From an uncultured Gammaproteobacteria bacterium (lineage in GTDB: Bacteria > Patescibacteriota > Patescibacteriia > SBBC01 > CAIJZX01): 64,000 nucleotides of DNA. Every line of letters begins with the position of its first letter. Positions within the stretch are counted from its first letter, which is position 1. A program made the translations under genes and the position numbers. The notes under the pieces were generated by a model, which was not told where the DNA came from, did not search any database, and worked only from the letters and a program-made list of their open reading frames with translations. The DNA lies in NCBI GenBank assembly GCA_964383765.1, contig CAYLHT010000001.1, positions 36,998-100,997 on the forward strand. Direction: 5' to 3'. Below, in pieces: positions 50,753 through 58,675 of this stretch.

Positions 50753-51706
50753 ATGGCGTCGTTCTACCGACGGGAGGTACTCCAGCAAGCTTGGGCCATT
50801 ATTTGGCGGAAGAAGTATTTGTGGTTCATCGCCTTTTTCGGCGGCCTGGCTTCCTACGGGGGCGAAGTCAATTTTCTGTTCCGAAAATTTAATGCGGTCG
50901 CGACCTTCCAGTCGTACCTGGTCGCCATTCGCAAACTATTCGTTGAGGGGAAAGCCCAAACCTATCTCCATCAATTTACGCACGTTTTCCAACAGGCGCC
51001 CGGAGTAATCTTGGGCTATCTTGGCGTTGGCCTCGCGATCCTCGTGATCGGGCTCTGGTTGATGTTCGTGTCCCAAGGCGCGGTTATTCGCATTGTTGGT
51101 CGGTCACAAGAGAAGAAGTCTAGCGATTTTCTTGATGGCGTGGCCACCGGCGCGGAGAAATTTTGGGCAATTGTGCAGCTTAACATCATTGCTGTTCTAC
51201 TGGGATGGGCCGGGTGGATTATTGTGGCCGGCCTACCGGCGACCATTTATTTCCTGTCCGGTCAGGTAGCCTGGGCGGAAATCGCCCGAGTGGGGGCGGT
51301 GGTGTCGGTACTCTTGAGCGCTATTATCACGCTGGTCACCCAATATTCAACGGCAGCGGTGATCTTGCGAGGCCTCAGTCCGGTGCCGGCGTTAGCGGAT
51401 AGTTGGAAACTGTTCCGTCGCAATGTTGCGGTCAGCATCGAAATGGCATTGATCATTTTCCTGATTAATCTCGGGATCTTGGTTGTTTCGTTTGGAATCT
51501 TCGACGCCTTCGGTCTGTTCTTCTCGGCGGCCGGCTTGATTACACTCCTGGTCTTAATCGCGGTTGAGTTCGGTGCACTGAGTGCCTTCAACCTGTCGGC
51601 CTGGACAATTCTCTACCAGAAACTCGTGGCCGGCCGGGTCAACAGTAAAATCGGCGAGTGGACAACGCAGCTGGCGAGTTTCGCCAAGAACAAACAAACC
51701 ACCTAA
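50753..51706 (+). CDS. hypothetical polytopic membrane protein
   Basis: 317 aa with 6 or more TM helices. Confidence 0.45.
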   Translation: MASFYRREVLQQAWAIIWRKKYLWFIAFFGGLASYGGEVNFLFRKFNAVATFQSYLVAIRKLFVEGKAQTYLHQFTHVFQQAPGVILGYLGVGLAILVIGLWLMFVSQGAVIRIVGRSQEKKSSDFLDGVATGAEKFWAIVQLNIIAVLLGWAGWIIVAGLPATIYFLSGQVAWAEIARVGAVVSVLLSAIITLVTQYSTAAVILRGLSPVPALADSWKLFRRNVAVSIEMALIIFLINLGILVVSFGIFDAFGLFFSAAGLITLLVLIAVEFGALSAFNLSAWTILYQKLVAGRVNSKIGEWTTQLASFAKNKQTT

Positions 51707-51759
51707 CTTGAATTTGCCGAGTCGGAGTGGTAGAGTTCGGGCGGATTTACTGTAGCTGC

Positions 51760-51939
51760 GGGCAGGTAGCTCAGCTGGTTAGAGCAGTCGTCTTACCCGC
51801 CTGCCTAGCCGGCCTCTAGCTCAATGGCAGAGCGTCCGTCTTATACACGGATGGTTCCAGGTTCGAATCCTGGGAGGCCGACTAGGACGGCGGGCAGGTA
51901 CACGACCGGTCGATGGTTCGAATCCATCCCTGCCCACCA
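51760..51939 (+). tRNA. tRNA-Val(UAC)-like gene split by a 103-nt insert after anticodon nt 36 (exons 51760-51796 and 51900-51939)
   Basis: The 5' exon is GGGCAGG-TA-GCTCAGCTGGTTAGAGC-A-GTCGT-CTTAC. The 3' exon is AC-ACGAC-CGGTC-GATGG-TTCGAAT-CCATC-CCTGCCC-A-CCA. The acceptor stem has 7/7 bp, the anticodon stem 5/5 bp, and the reconstituted loop is CTTACAC. Confidence 0.5.
51810..51881 (+). tRNA. tRNA with anticodon UAU (tRNA-Ile2-like), embedded in the insert of the split tRNA-Val
   Basis: CGGCCTC-TA-GCTC-AATGGCA-GAGC-G-TCCGT-CTTATAC-ACGGA-TGGTT-CCAGG-TTCGAAT-CCTGG-GAGGCCG-A forms a perfect cloverleaf; no CCA is encoded. Confidence 0.7.
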
Positions 51940-52643
51940 TGAATATTCTGATCACCGGGGGTAGTAGTGGCATTGGGCAAGCGATTGCCCAAGCATGTGC
52001 TCAGGGCGGGCATGATATATTTTTGGTGGCGCAGGAGGTCGGGAAGCTTGAACGAGTTGCCAATGAATTGACCGCGGCGACGGGTCGGAAGGTCTTATCA
52101 ATGACTGCCGACGTGTCTGATCCGAAGCAAGTCGAGGCCATTCAGCAACGATGTCGGAAAGAAAAGTTTTCACCCGACGTGCTCGTGCTCAACGCCGGAA
52201 TTTGGCTGAGCGGCGGAATCATGGGCGTCAAACCTGAGGAATTCGATCAAATTATGCACGTCAACGTGGCGTCAATGTTTTATTTTATCAAAGCTTTCCG
52301 CGAAACACTCAAACGCAGTGTCTATCCACGCATCATCATCACCGGCTCAACCGCGGGACTCGAGGGCCATCACCGGAGTGGTGGTTCACTCTACAGCGTT
52401 AGCAAATGGGCGGTGCATGGTTTGACAGTCAATCTGCGCCAAGAATTAATGTCCGATAACATCGGCGTGACCCATATCGCTCCTGGGAGCGTGATGAGCG
52501 CGATGTGGGACGCTGATGAAGCTGAGCCGAAAAGAATGCTCGAAGCAGCTGATATTGGGAAAGTTGTCTCAGCACTACTGGAGTTGAGCCCGCAAGCCGT
52601 TGTCGAAGAAATCGTGATTCGGCCGATGGGTGGGAATATTTAA
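51939..52643 (+). CDS. SDR-family short-chain dehydrogenase/reductase
   Basis: TGGSSGIG cofactor motif, catalytic YSVSK (YxxxK). The ATG overlaps the last A of the upstream tRNA CCA. Confidence 0.85.
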   Translation: MNILITGGSSGIGQAIAQACAQGGHDIFLVAQEVGKLERVANELTAATGRKVLSMTADVSDPKQVEAIQQRCRKEKFSPDVLVLNAGIWLSGGIMGVKPEEFDQIMHVNVASMFYFIKAFRETLKRSVYPRIIITGSTAGLEGHHRSGGSLYSVSKWAVHGLTVNLRQELMSDNIGVTHIAPGSVMSAMWDADEAEPKRMLEAADIGKVVSALLELSPQAVVEEIVIRPMGGNI

Positions 52644-52652
52644 TCAACAGCT

Positions 52653-53282
52653 GTGACTACTCAAGTCACTCAATCCAAACTCTCCGTCCGCAAAGCCTTT
52701 CAGCGAATGTGGGTGGCGGGTACGCTGGGCGCGTTTTTCACGGCGATTGTTCGAACGATCCCGATCGACATTCAACGCTTACAGTCCGGGCCGGACGCCG
52801 GCTTGATTCTGGACCGGGCGCTGCGGTATGGGTATCTCCTGTGGTTGCTCAGCTACTTTTTCATCACCAATCTTCGTCTTGAACAAGGTGAACATCCATC
52901 CCGACGCGACTTGGTCTTTGATGTGATTCAGTCTGTGGCTGGGCTGAGTGCCGCATACGCCCTGGGATTCGTGTCGGAAACTCGAGGGTTCGGTCCCCAT
53001 GAATCCGCCGGAGCTATCATAAGTGCCAACCTCACCATTCTTAGTATTGCTCTCATTGCATTCTACCTGTTTCGATCAGAAGCTGACCGACGGATTCATC
53101 AGCTCCGATTTGTTGGCGCAATCCTAGCAGCTGCGTCCATCCTAACGGCCAGCGTGGTGACATCAACAATCTGGATGTTGACGAGCTCAGCCTTATTTCT
53201 CCTCGCGCTCTGGGTGACTCTGTGGCGATACATCCGATTGCGCCTGCGCCCAGAGTCACCAAGTCGAACCTCTACTCTTTGA
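52653..53282 (+). CDS. hypothetical membrane protein
   Basis: 209 aa with 5-6 TM helices. Confidence 0.4.
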   Translation: MTTQVTQSKLSVRKAFQRMWVAGTLGAFFTAIVRTIPIDIQRLQSGPDAGLILDRALRYGYLLWLLSYFFITNLRLEQGEHPSRRDLVFDVIQSVAGLSAAYALGFVSETRGFGPHESAGAIISANLTILSIALIAFYLFRSEADRRIHQLRFVGAILAAASILTASVVTSTIWMLTSSALFLLALWVTLWRYIRLRLRPESPSRTSTL

Positions 53283-53648
53283 GGGTTCCATCGCGGGCCA
53301 GAGATTGGATCGCGCCTGAGCGTGCTTGTGGTACACTTGGCTAGCCACCGTTCCGGCCTTTGACCGGGAAGGAGGTGATCCTCAGTGACGGCCGGAATTG
53401 CGGCTCGAAACTTGAATGGATCAACCTTTGAACGGAAAGGTGGTGGCCATGGACTTTACATGGCTGGCCTCGTTGCTCGGACTGTTCCGAGAGATCGGAA
53501 CGTTCGCCGCAGTCGAAGCCGATCCGGACGGACCCTGCGGTCCGAGCCGGCATTTCCCCGGCTAGTGGACGAAGGTCCAACTGCCGGTTCATCGCCTTGC
53601 GATTCAGTGGGTTCCCCCCTCCTGGATCTCGAGGGATCTATTGACCAG

Positions 53649-53676
53649 GCGCACGCAGGACGCGTGCGCCGTTTTT
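53649..53676 (+). terminator. strong rho-independent terminator closing an ORF-free GC-rich region
   Basis: GGCGCACGC-agga-GCGTGCGCC followed by GTTTTT. Confidence 0.65.
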
Positions 53677-53792
53677 CTAAAAAGTTTTTCTGGTGGGCGG
53701 TAGAGGATTCGCCCCTGCGGGGCCGGGGTCGCCACCGGCGACCCGTTGCTCGACGACTCGCAACCCTCTGACCTTTCTTTTTACCTCTCCGC

Positions 53793-53870
53793 TGGTGCGC
53801 GCATCTGGATTTGAACCAGAGACCTTCACAATGTCAATGTGACGCTCTAACCGGGCTGAGCTATGCGCGC
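53793..53870 (-). tRNA. tRNA-Val(GAC)
   Basis: Minus strand GCGCGCA-TA-GCTCAGCCCGGTTAGAGC-G-TCACA-TTGACAT-TGTGA-AGGTC-TCTGG-TTCAAAT-CCAGA-TGCGCGC-A-CCA. Confidence 0.9.
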
Positions 53871-53902
53871 ACAAGCAGAGAAATAAATATGTAAAGTTCT
53901 TC

Positions 53903-53971
53903 CTTCACAATGCCTGCCCTGAGCCTGCCGAAGGGTCAATGTGACGCTCTAACCAACTGAGCTAACCGCCC
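53903..53971 (-). pseudogene. tRNA-Val(GAC) 5' portion (acceptor to anticodon stem) with a 23-nt insert after nt 36 and no adjacent T-arm
   Basis: Minus strand GGGCGGT-TA-GCTCAGTTGGTTAGAGC-G-TCACA-TTGAC-[CCTTCGGCAGGCTCAGGGCAGGC]-AT-TGTGA-AGG, followed by non-tRNA sequence and then the complete tRNA-Val(GAC). A possible matching 3' remnant ...GGGGCGAATCCTCT-ACCGCCC-A-CCA lies at 53691-53725. Confidence 0.45.
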
Positions 53972-54062
53972 ATGAAAGCACAAGAGAAAATATCATATCT
54001 CCTCCATATCATCAAGCATACCAAAACACCCCGCCAGGCGGGGTGTTGTGTTTGAAAGCGAT

Positions 54063-57000
54063 TTAGCTTTCTAATCCGAGATCACGGCGATAGCGCTTGA
54101 GACCCACGAAGCCTACAATCATCAAGATCAAACCGATCATGAAGATCATGTAGTCGCGGAGACCAACGCCGGTCGTCGCCAGACCGAGGACTTGTGGAAC
54201 CTTGACGGTGACTTGGGCGGTTGCGCTGACGGGATCAACTCCGTTGGCGGCTACGACTGCAGTGTTCGTGTAGACGCCAGCTTTAACATCCGAACCAACT
54301 TTGACCGCATAGGTCAGCGTGGTCGAAGCGCCGGCGGCGAGCGTACCGAGCGACCATGACTTGGTGCTGTCGCCGCCATCCACAAAGGTGAAGCCGGTTG
54401 GTAGCGTGTCGGTCATAACCGTATCGGTCGCATCGCCGTCGCCGGTGTTGGTGATCGTGACCGTGTACGTGACCGTTCCGCCCGGATTAACCGTGGTTGG
54501 ATTCGCCGACTTGGCAATGGTGAGATTTGGCGATTTGGCGGCCAAGACTTGCGGGATCCGGACATCCACATTTGATGTGGCTGAGACCTGGGTGGTGTTG
54601 TCGCCCTTGGCCGTGGCGGTGTTGGTATGAATACCAGCGGCTGCGGCCGGACTAATGTTGACAGTGTAGGTCACCGTCACGGAAGCGCCTGGCGCGAGAT
54701 CACCGATGGACTGCGAGCTGGTGGTGCCGCCGCCGAGGAAGGTGAAGTCAGCCGGCAGGAGATCAGTCAGAATCACGTTGTGCGCCATATCGGTCGCGCT
54801 GGCGCTGTTGGTCACTACCACCGTGTAGATGACTGTCGTTCCCGGATTCGTGAAGGTGGTCAAGTTATTGACCTTGGTGATGGAGATGCTCGGCGCGGAA
54901 CTGACCGTGGTGCGGGCGCCGTCGCAGACTTGATCGGTTTGATCGGTGTCGAAGCAACCGGTGTTACTGATGACCGTGTTATTCGCAATCGGGCTGGCTA
55001 CCTTGACGACTAAACCAACCGTTCCGCTCGCGCCTGGCGCTTTGGTGCCGAGGTTCCAGGTGACCGTCTTGGTCGCGGCGTTGAACGTCCCGCCGTTGTC
55101 GGCCGAGACGAAGGTGGTGTTGGCCGGAATGACATCAGTAATGACGGCGTTGGTGGCCGTAGTATTTCCAGCGACCGTCCAGGCTAGCGAGTAGCTAATG
55201 TTTCCGCCGGCGTTAACTGTGGCCGGACCAGTCTTGTCGACCGTGATGGTCGTCAGATCCTTGGTGTTCGTGAAGACACAGATAATATTTTGATTATTGT
55301 GCAGGCTCAGGTCGACCGAAGTGGTTTGCGGTAGGTTCTGGTCGAGGTTACAGCTGACACTGGTGAAGTGGAAGCCAGTCTGCATGTTCTCAGAGATAGT
55401 GTAGGCGCCGGTGTCGAGCGTACGGCTTTGACCGGTGGCGATGTTTTGTTCGCCGCCTTGGATATTCCAGCTCCAGTTCGTCGCGCCGAAGACGTCGACT
55501 TTACCGTCGCCGTCCGTGTCGACATTCTTCAGGACCGTAATCGTGCCAGTTTGGCGGGTGTTCGTGAACGTACACACGACAGCGCTGCCGTTGCCGACGG
55601 TGATGCTACCGTCTTGACCCGCCGAGATCGGTTGACCGTTGTCGGTGCAGACGAGCGCGGGGGTGTAATCGCTCAACCCACCATTTTCCGAGACATAATA
55701 CGTTCCGGTGTCGACGGTATTCGATCCGGTCGTGCCATTCGCACCGACCACGAGTTGGCTATCAACTTCGTTGCCCCCAGCCGTGGTGCCGATCATCAAG
55801 GTCGTTGTTCCGGCGGTTCCAGACCAGACTTTCTTGAGTTCAATCGTACCTTGCTGACGTGTGTTCGTGAACGTGCAAACGACCGCGTGACCCTTCCCAA
55901 CGGTCAAAGAGTTATTGGCGCCGGGGGTGACGGCTTGACCATTGTCGGTGCAAACGAGTGCGGAATCGTAGTTCGTCAGTCCGCCTGTTTCTGACACATA
56001 AAATGTGCCAGTGCCAACGGTTTTGGTACCAGTTGTGCCGTTGCCTGAAACTGGTTGGCTAGCAATTTGGCTACCACCAGCCGTCGAGCCGATGTTCAGT
56101 GTGGTCGAACCGGCTGTACCAGACCAGATTTTCTTGAGTTCAATGGTACCCGTATCGCGGGTGTTCGTGACGGTGCAGGTTTTAACATCGCCGCCAGCCA
56201 CCGAACCGCTGCAGTCCGCGCTGTAGCCGGCGGTAAAGCCAGTCGGACCGCTTTCAGTGACATTGTAATTACCAACCGTAACCGTCTTGGTTGTACCGGC
56301 TTCTGAACCTGGGAAGGAGTTACCGCCGGTCGCAGTTACGCCGTTGATGGTCATGGTGAAGTCACCGGCGACGTTTTGACTGCCACCGCCATTGACGACA
56401 TGTTTTATGACCGTTAATTTCGGTGCAGCGACCGTAACCTTGGGTTGGGGTCGGGCTTGGGACGGCGCATTTTGATCATTCGTAATGTTGGCGACGTTGT
56501 GCACGATGGTTTCGCCGACCGGGAATGATCCGCCGGTCAGGGTGCCGTGGATAGTAATACTACCCGAGGCTCCCACCGCTAATGTCCCGATATTCCAGAC
56601 ATTGTTACCGCTGGATGGTGCTGGGGTTGAGCTCGTGAACACGAAGTGTGAATCGTAGGTCTCCGTGATCACGACGTTCGTTAAGTCGATGTTACCCGTG
56701 TTCGAGTAGTTCAAGGTGTAGGTTAAGGCATCGCCGGGATTGGCCGTGCTCTTATCAACGAGTTTTTCCAAGGCCGACTTCGGTTGGATCGGAACCGTGA
56801 TGGCGCTGTTCTGGTCGATGTTGTAGTGGAAGCTTGAACCAGACTGGTCAAGCACGGTGTAGAGCAAGTCTTGGTTACCGGCGGCTAAGGCGCGGAAGTG
56901 GAAGTCCGAGTTGACGGTGTTGCCTTCGTTGGTGGCGTAAATATCATTTTCGGTATTGCCATCACTGTAGGCCGTCATCACCGATTCGAGTTGCACGCCC

Positions 57001-57755
57001 GCCGGGTTGTAGGTCATCTGCGGGGTGATGTTGTCGTAGACGCTGGCGGTTTGGTAGACGACGTGCACGACGAACGGCTGACCGACTAATGGGTTCGGTG
57101 GGATGACCGTGTTCGAGATGACGTGGTTCCGACTTTGCGAGTTGAGGTGCTCAATCAACAGCGTCTGGCCGTCACTCGAATTCGCGGCGTCTGGAGACGT
57201 CGTGGTGATCGTGAATGGACGGCTGGTGTTAAAGGCTGCGTTGCTTGGCGTGTCTGGGCTTGGTGCCGGGGTAATCAGCAACACATAGAACATGTCCTTG
57301 GACGCGCCGGCCGCAATCGTGTTCAGCGGTTGAACCGGTGTAGAAACCAACGACAAGTACGGATCAGCTGTGCCTGATCCCCAGGTGAAATTGGTTTGGA
57401 CTGCGCTGGCCGGGTTAGCGCCAGTGTTCGTGATCCGGGCTTGGACTAAAAACTTTTTTGGCAAAACAGAAACTGGATCGTTGCTGTCCAGACCGATCGT
57501 GTTCCACGACAAAATCTGAGTCGTGAGACTCGTACTAGCAGCTGCGGCAACCTTCGGCGCAATCAACGCGCCGACGGCGCTCATATTTAAAATCGTCGTG
57601 ACTGCGATGACGGTGCTCAGGCTTTTCCAAGCCCGTTGGCGGACCTCCCGCCGGAAGATGTTGGCCATAGATGTGGCGTTTACCATTGAAAAATGATAGT
57701 TGAGTATAGCACTTTGGCCGTCCGGCGGTCGACCGACTCGCCCTCTGGCCACCAA
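54063..57755 (-). CDS. giant cell-surface protein with an LAxTG-type sorting signal, DUF11-like domain and tandem prealbumin-fold repeats
   Basis: N-terminal signal/TM. C-terminus LATTG + hydrophobic segment + KRYRRD (sortase-type sorting signal). Three ~100-aa tandem repeats (GTIELKK[IV]WSGTAG[ST]TTL...CTFTNTRQ). TYTLNYSNTGNIDLTNVVITE is DUF11-like. Confidence 0.7.
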   Translation of the reverse strand: MVARGRVGRPPDGQSAILNYHFSMVNATSMANIFRREVRQRAWKSLSTVIAVTTILNMSAVGALIAPKVAAAASTSLTTQILSWNTIGLDSNDPVSVLPKKFLVQARITNTGANPASAVQTNFTWGSGTADPYLSLVSTPVQPLNTIAAGASKDMFYVLLITPAPSPDTPSNAAFNTSRPFTITTTSPDAANSSDGQTLLIEHLNSQSRNHVISNTVIPPNPLVGQPFVVHVVYQTASVYDNITPQMTYNPAGVQLESVMTAYSDGNTENDIYATNEGNTVNSDFHFRALAAGNQDLLYTVLDQSGSSFHYNIDQNSAITVPIQPKSALEKLVDKSTANPGDALTYTLNYSNTGNIDLTNVVITETYDSHFVFTSSTPAPSSGNNVWNIGTLAVGASGSITIHGTLTGGSFPVGETIVHNVANITNDQNAPSQARPQPKVTVAAPKLTVIKHVVNGGGSQNVAGDFTMTINGVTATGGNSFPGSEAGTTKTVTVGNYNVTESGPTGFTAGYSADCSGSVAGGDVKTCTVTNTRDTGTIELKKIWSGTAGSTTLNIGSTAGGSQIASQPVSGNGTTGTKTVGTGTFYVSETGGLTNYDSALVCTDNGQAVTPGANNSLTVGKGHAVVCTFTNTRQQGTIELKKVWSGTAGTTTLMIGTTAGGNEVDSQLVVGANGTTGSNTVDTGTYYVSENGGLSDYTPALVCTDNGQPISAGQDGSITVGNGSAVVCTFTNTRQTGTITVLKNVDTDGDGKVDVFGATNWSWNIQGGEQNIATGQSRTLDTGAYTISENMQTGFHFTSVSCNLDQNLPQTTSVDLSLHNNQNIICVFTNTKDLTTITVDKTGPATVNAGGNISYSLAWTVAGNTTATNAVITDVIPANTTFVSADNGGTFNAATKTVTWNLGTKAPGASGTVGLVVKVASPIANNTVISNTGCFDTDQTDQVCDGARTTVSSAPSISITKVNNLTTFTNPGTTVIYTVVVTNSASATDMAHNVILTDLLPADFTFLGGGTTSSQSIGDLAPGASVTVTYTVNISPAAAAGIHTNTATAKGDNTTQVSATSNVDVRIPQVLAAKSPNLTIAKSANPTTVNPGGTVTYTVTITNTGDGDATDTVMTDTLPTGFTFVDGGDSTKSWSLGTLAAGASTTLTYAVKVGSDVKAGVYTNTAVVAANGVDPVSATAQVTVKVPQVLGLATTGVGLRDYMIFMIGLILMIVGFVGLKRYRRDLGLES

Positions 57756-57832
57756 GAATATGGGATGGCTTTACCACAGGCCGAAATTTTTGTCAACCCC
57801 CAGGGGCTGAAACGGAAAGCTTCGCTTAGGGA

Positions 57833-58675
57833 ATGCTGAAGATATTGACCATCCACAGAGCCATGCACAGTCTTTCCCCAGCGTGGTATTCTTACGCTAT
57901 GCCAGCTCGCAAAACCCATCCCAGACATCCCCGCGACCAATGGTTCTATGTACCCATGGTGGCAGCCGCGATTGTGGTGATTGTGGCCGCAGGATATTTG
58001 ACGCGGCCGAACCAAAATTCTGAATCAACCAAGGCTTCCAAAACCAAGCCCACCATTTCCATTCCAACTACGGACGGTCTCATGCTAACCGCTGAATTGT
58101 CTCTACCAAAAGGGACAAATCAAGTGCCAGCCGTCATCTTGATTCACTCATTCGCCAAAGATCATCACGAGTGGGATCCGTATGTAAAAGATTTTACTGA
58201 TCATGGCTATGCAGTCTTGGCCTACGACACGCGTGGATTCGGGGAAAGTAAACTACCTTCTATTCCAACCGATTTCATGACGTGGGACAACGCCATGCCG
58301 ACCGATGTGACGGCGGTTGTTCAGTATCTCAAAACACAATCACGAATTGATGCACGCCGAATCAATGTGATTGGAGCGGAGCTTGGAGCCAACGTCGCCT
58401 ACGTCGCGAGTGGAAGCAATTTGGGAATTCACCGCACCGTCTTGTTGACTCCCCATCAAACCGGCGAAGCACTGAACGGAAAAAACATTTCCAACTTCAC
58501 CCCCACAAACAATTTTGGCGTGTCCGACATCAACGGTTCAGCAGATTTAGATCCATTCATGGCGTATGTGCCGGAACCGAAGGACAAATATGTGACCGAG
58601 ACACCAGCCACCGGGGTCAAGTTACTCAGCGTGACTTCAGTCAACACTCGAGTGATGGCTTGGTTGAGCCAATGA
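57833..58675 (+). CDS. alpha/beta hydrolase (dienelactone-hydrolase-like), membrane anchored
   Basis: TM helix MVAAAIVVIVAAGYL and VILIHSFAKDHHEWDPYVKDFTDHGYAVLAYDTRGFGES core. Confidence 0.65.
   Translation: MLKILTIHRAMHSLSPAWYSYAMPARKTHPRHPRDQWFYVPMVAAAIVVIVAAGYLTRPNQNSESTKASKTKPTISIPTTDGLMLTAELSLPKGTNQVPAVILIHSFAKDHHEWDPYVKDFTDHGYAVLAYDTRGFGESKLPSIPTDFMTWDNAMPTDVTAVVQYLKTQSRIDARRINVIGAELGANVAYVASGSNLGIHRTVLLTPHQTGEALNGKNISNFTPTNNFGVSDINGSADLDPFMAYVPEPKDKYVTETPATGVKLLSVTSVNTRVMAWLSQ

Noticed and set aside
53340-53380. Possible 16S rRNA 3'-end fragment on the minus strand (GGATCACCTCCTT)
   Set aside because: Only the terminal 13 nt match. The preceding 40 nt do not resemble the conserved ...GTAACCGTAGGGGAACCTGCGG helix 45 sequence, so it is not a 16S remnant by itself.
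53385-53771. 128-aa ORF preceded by a perfect 14-nt Shine-Dalgarno sequence (GAAGGAGGTGATCC)
   Set aside because: The product is Arg-rich low-complexity. A strong intrinsic terminator (53649-53676) lies inside the ORF, so any transcript would lack a stop codon. The region is treated as non-coding RNA instead (see the 53290-53690 finding).
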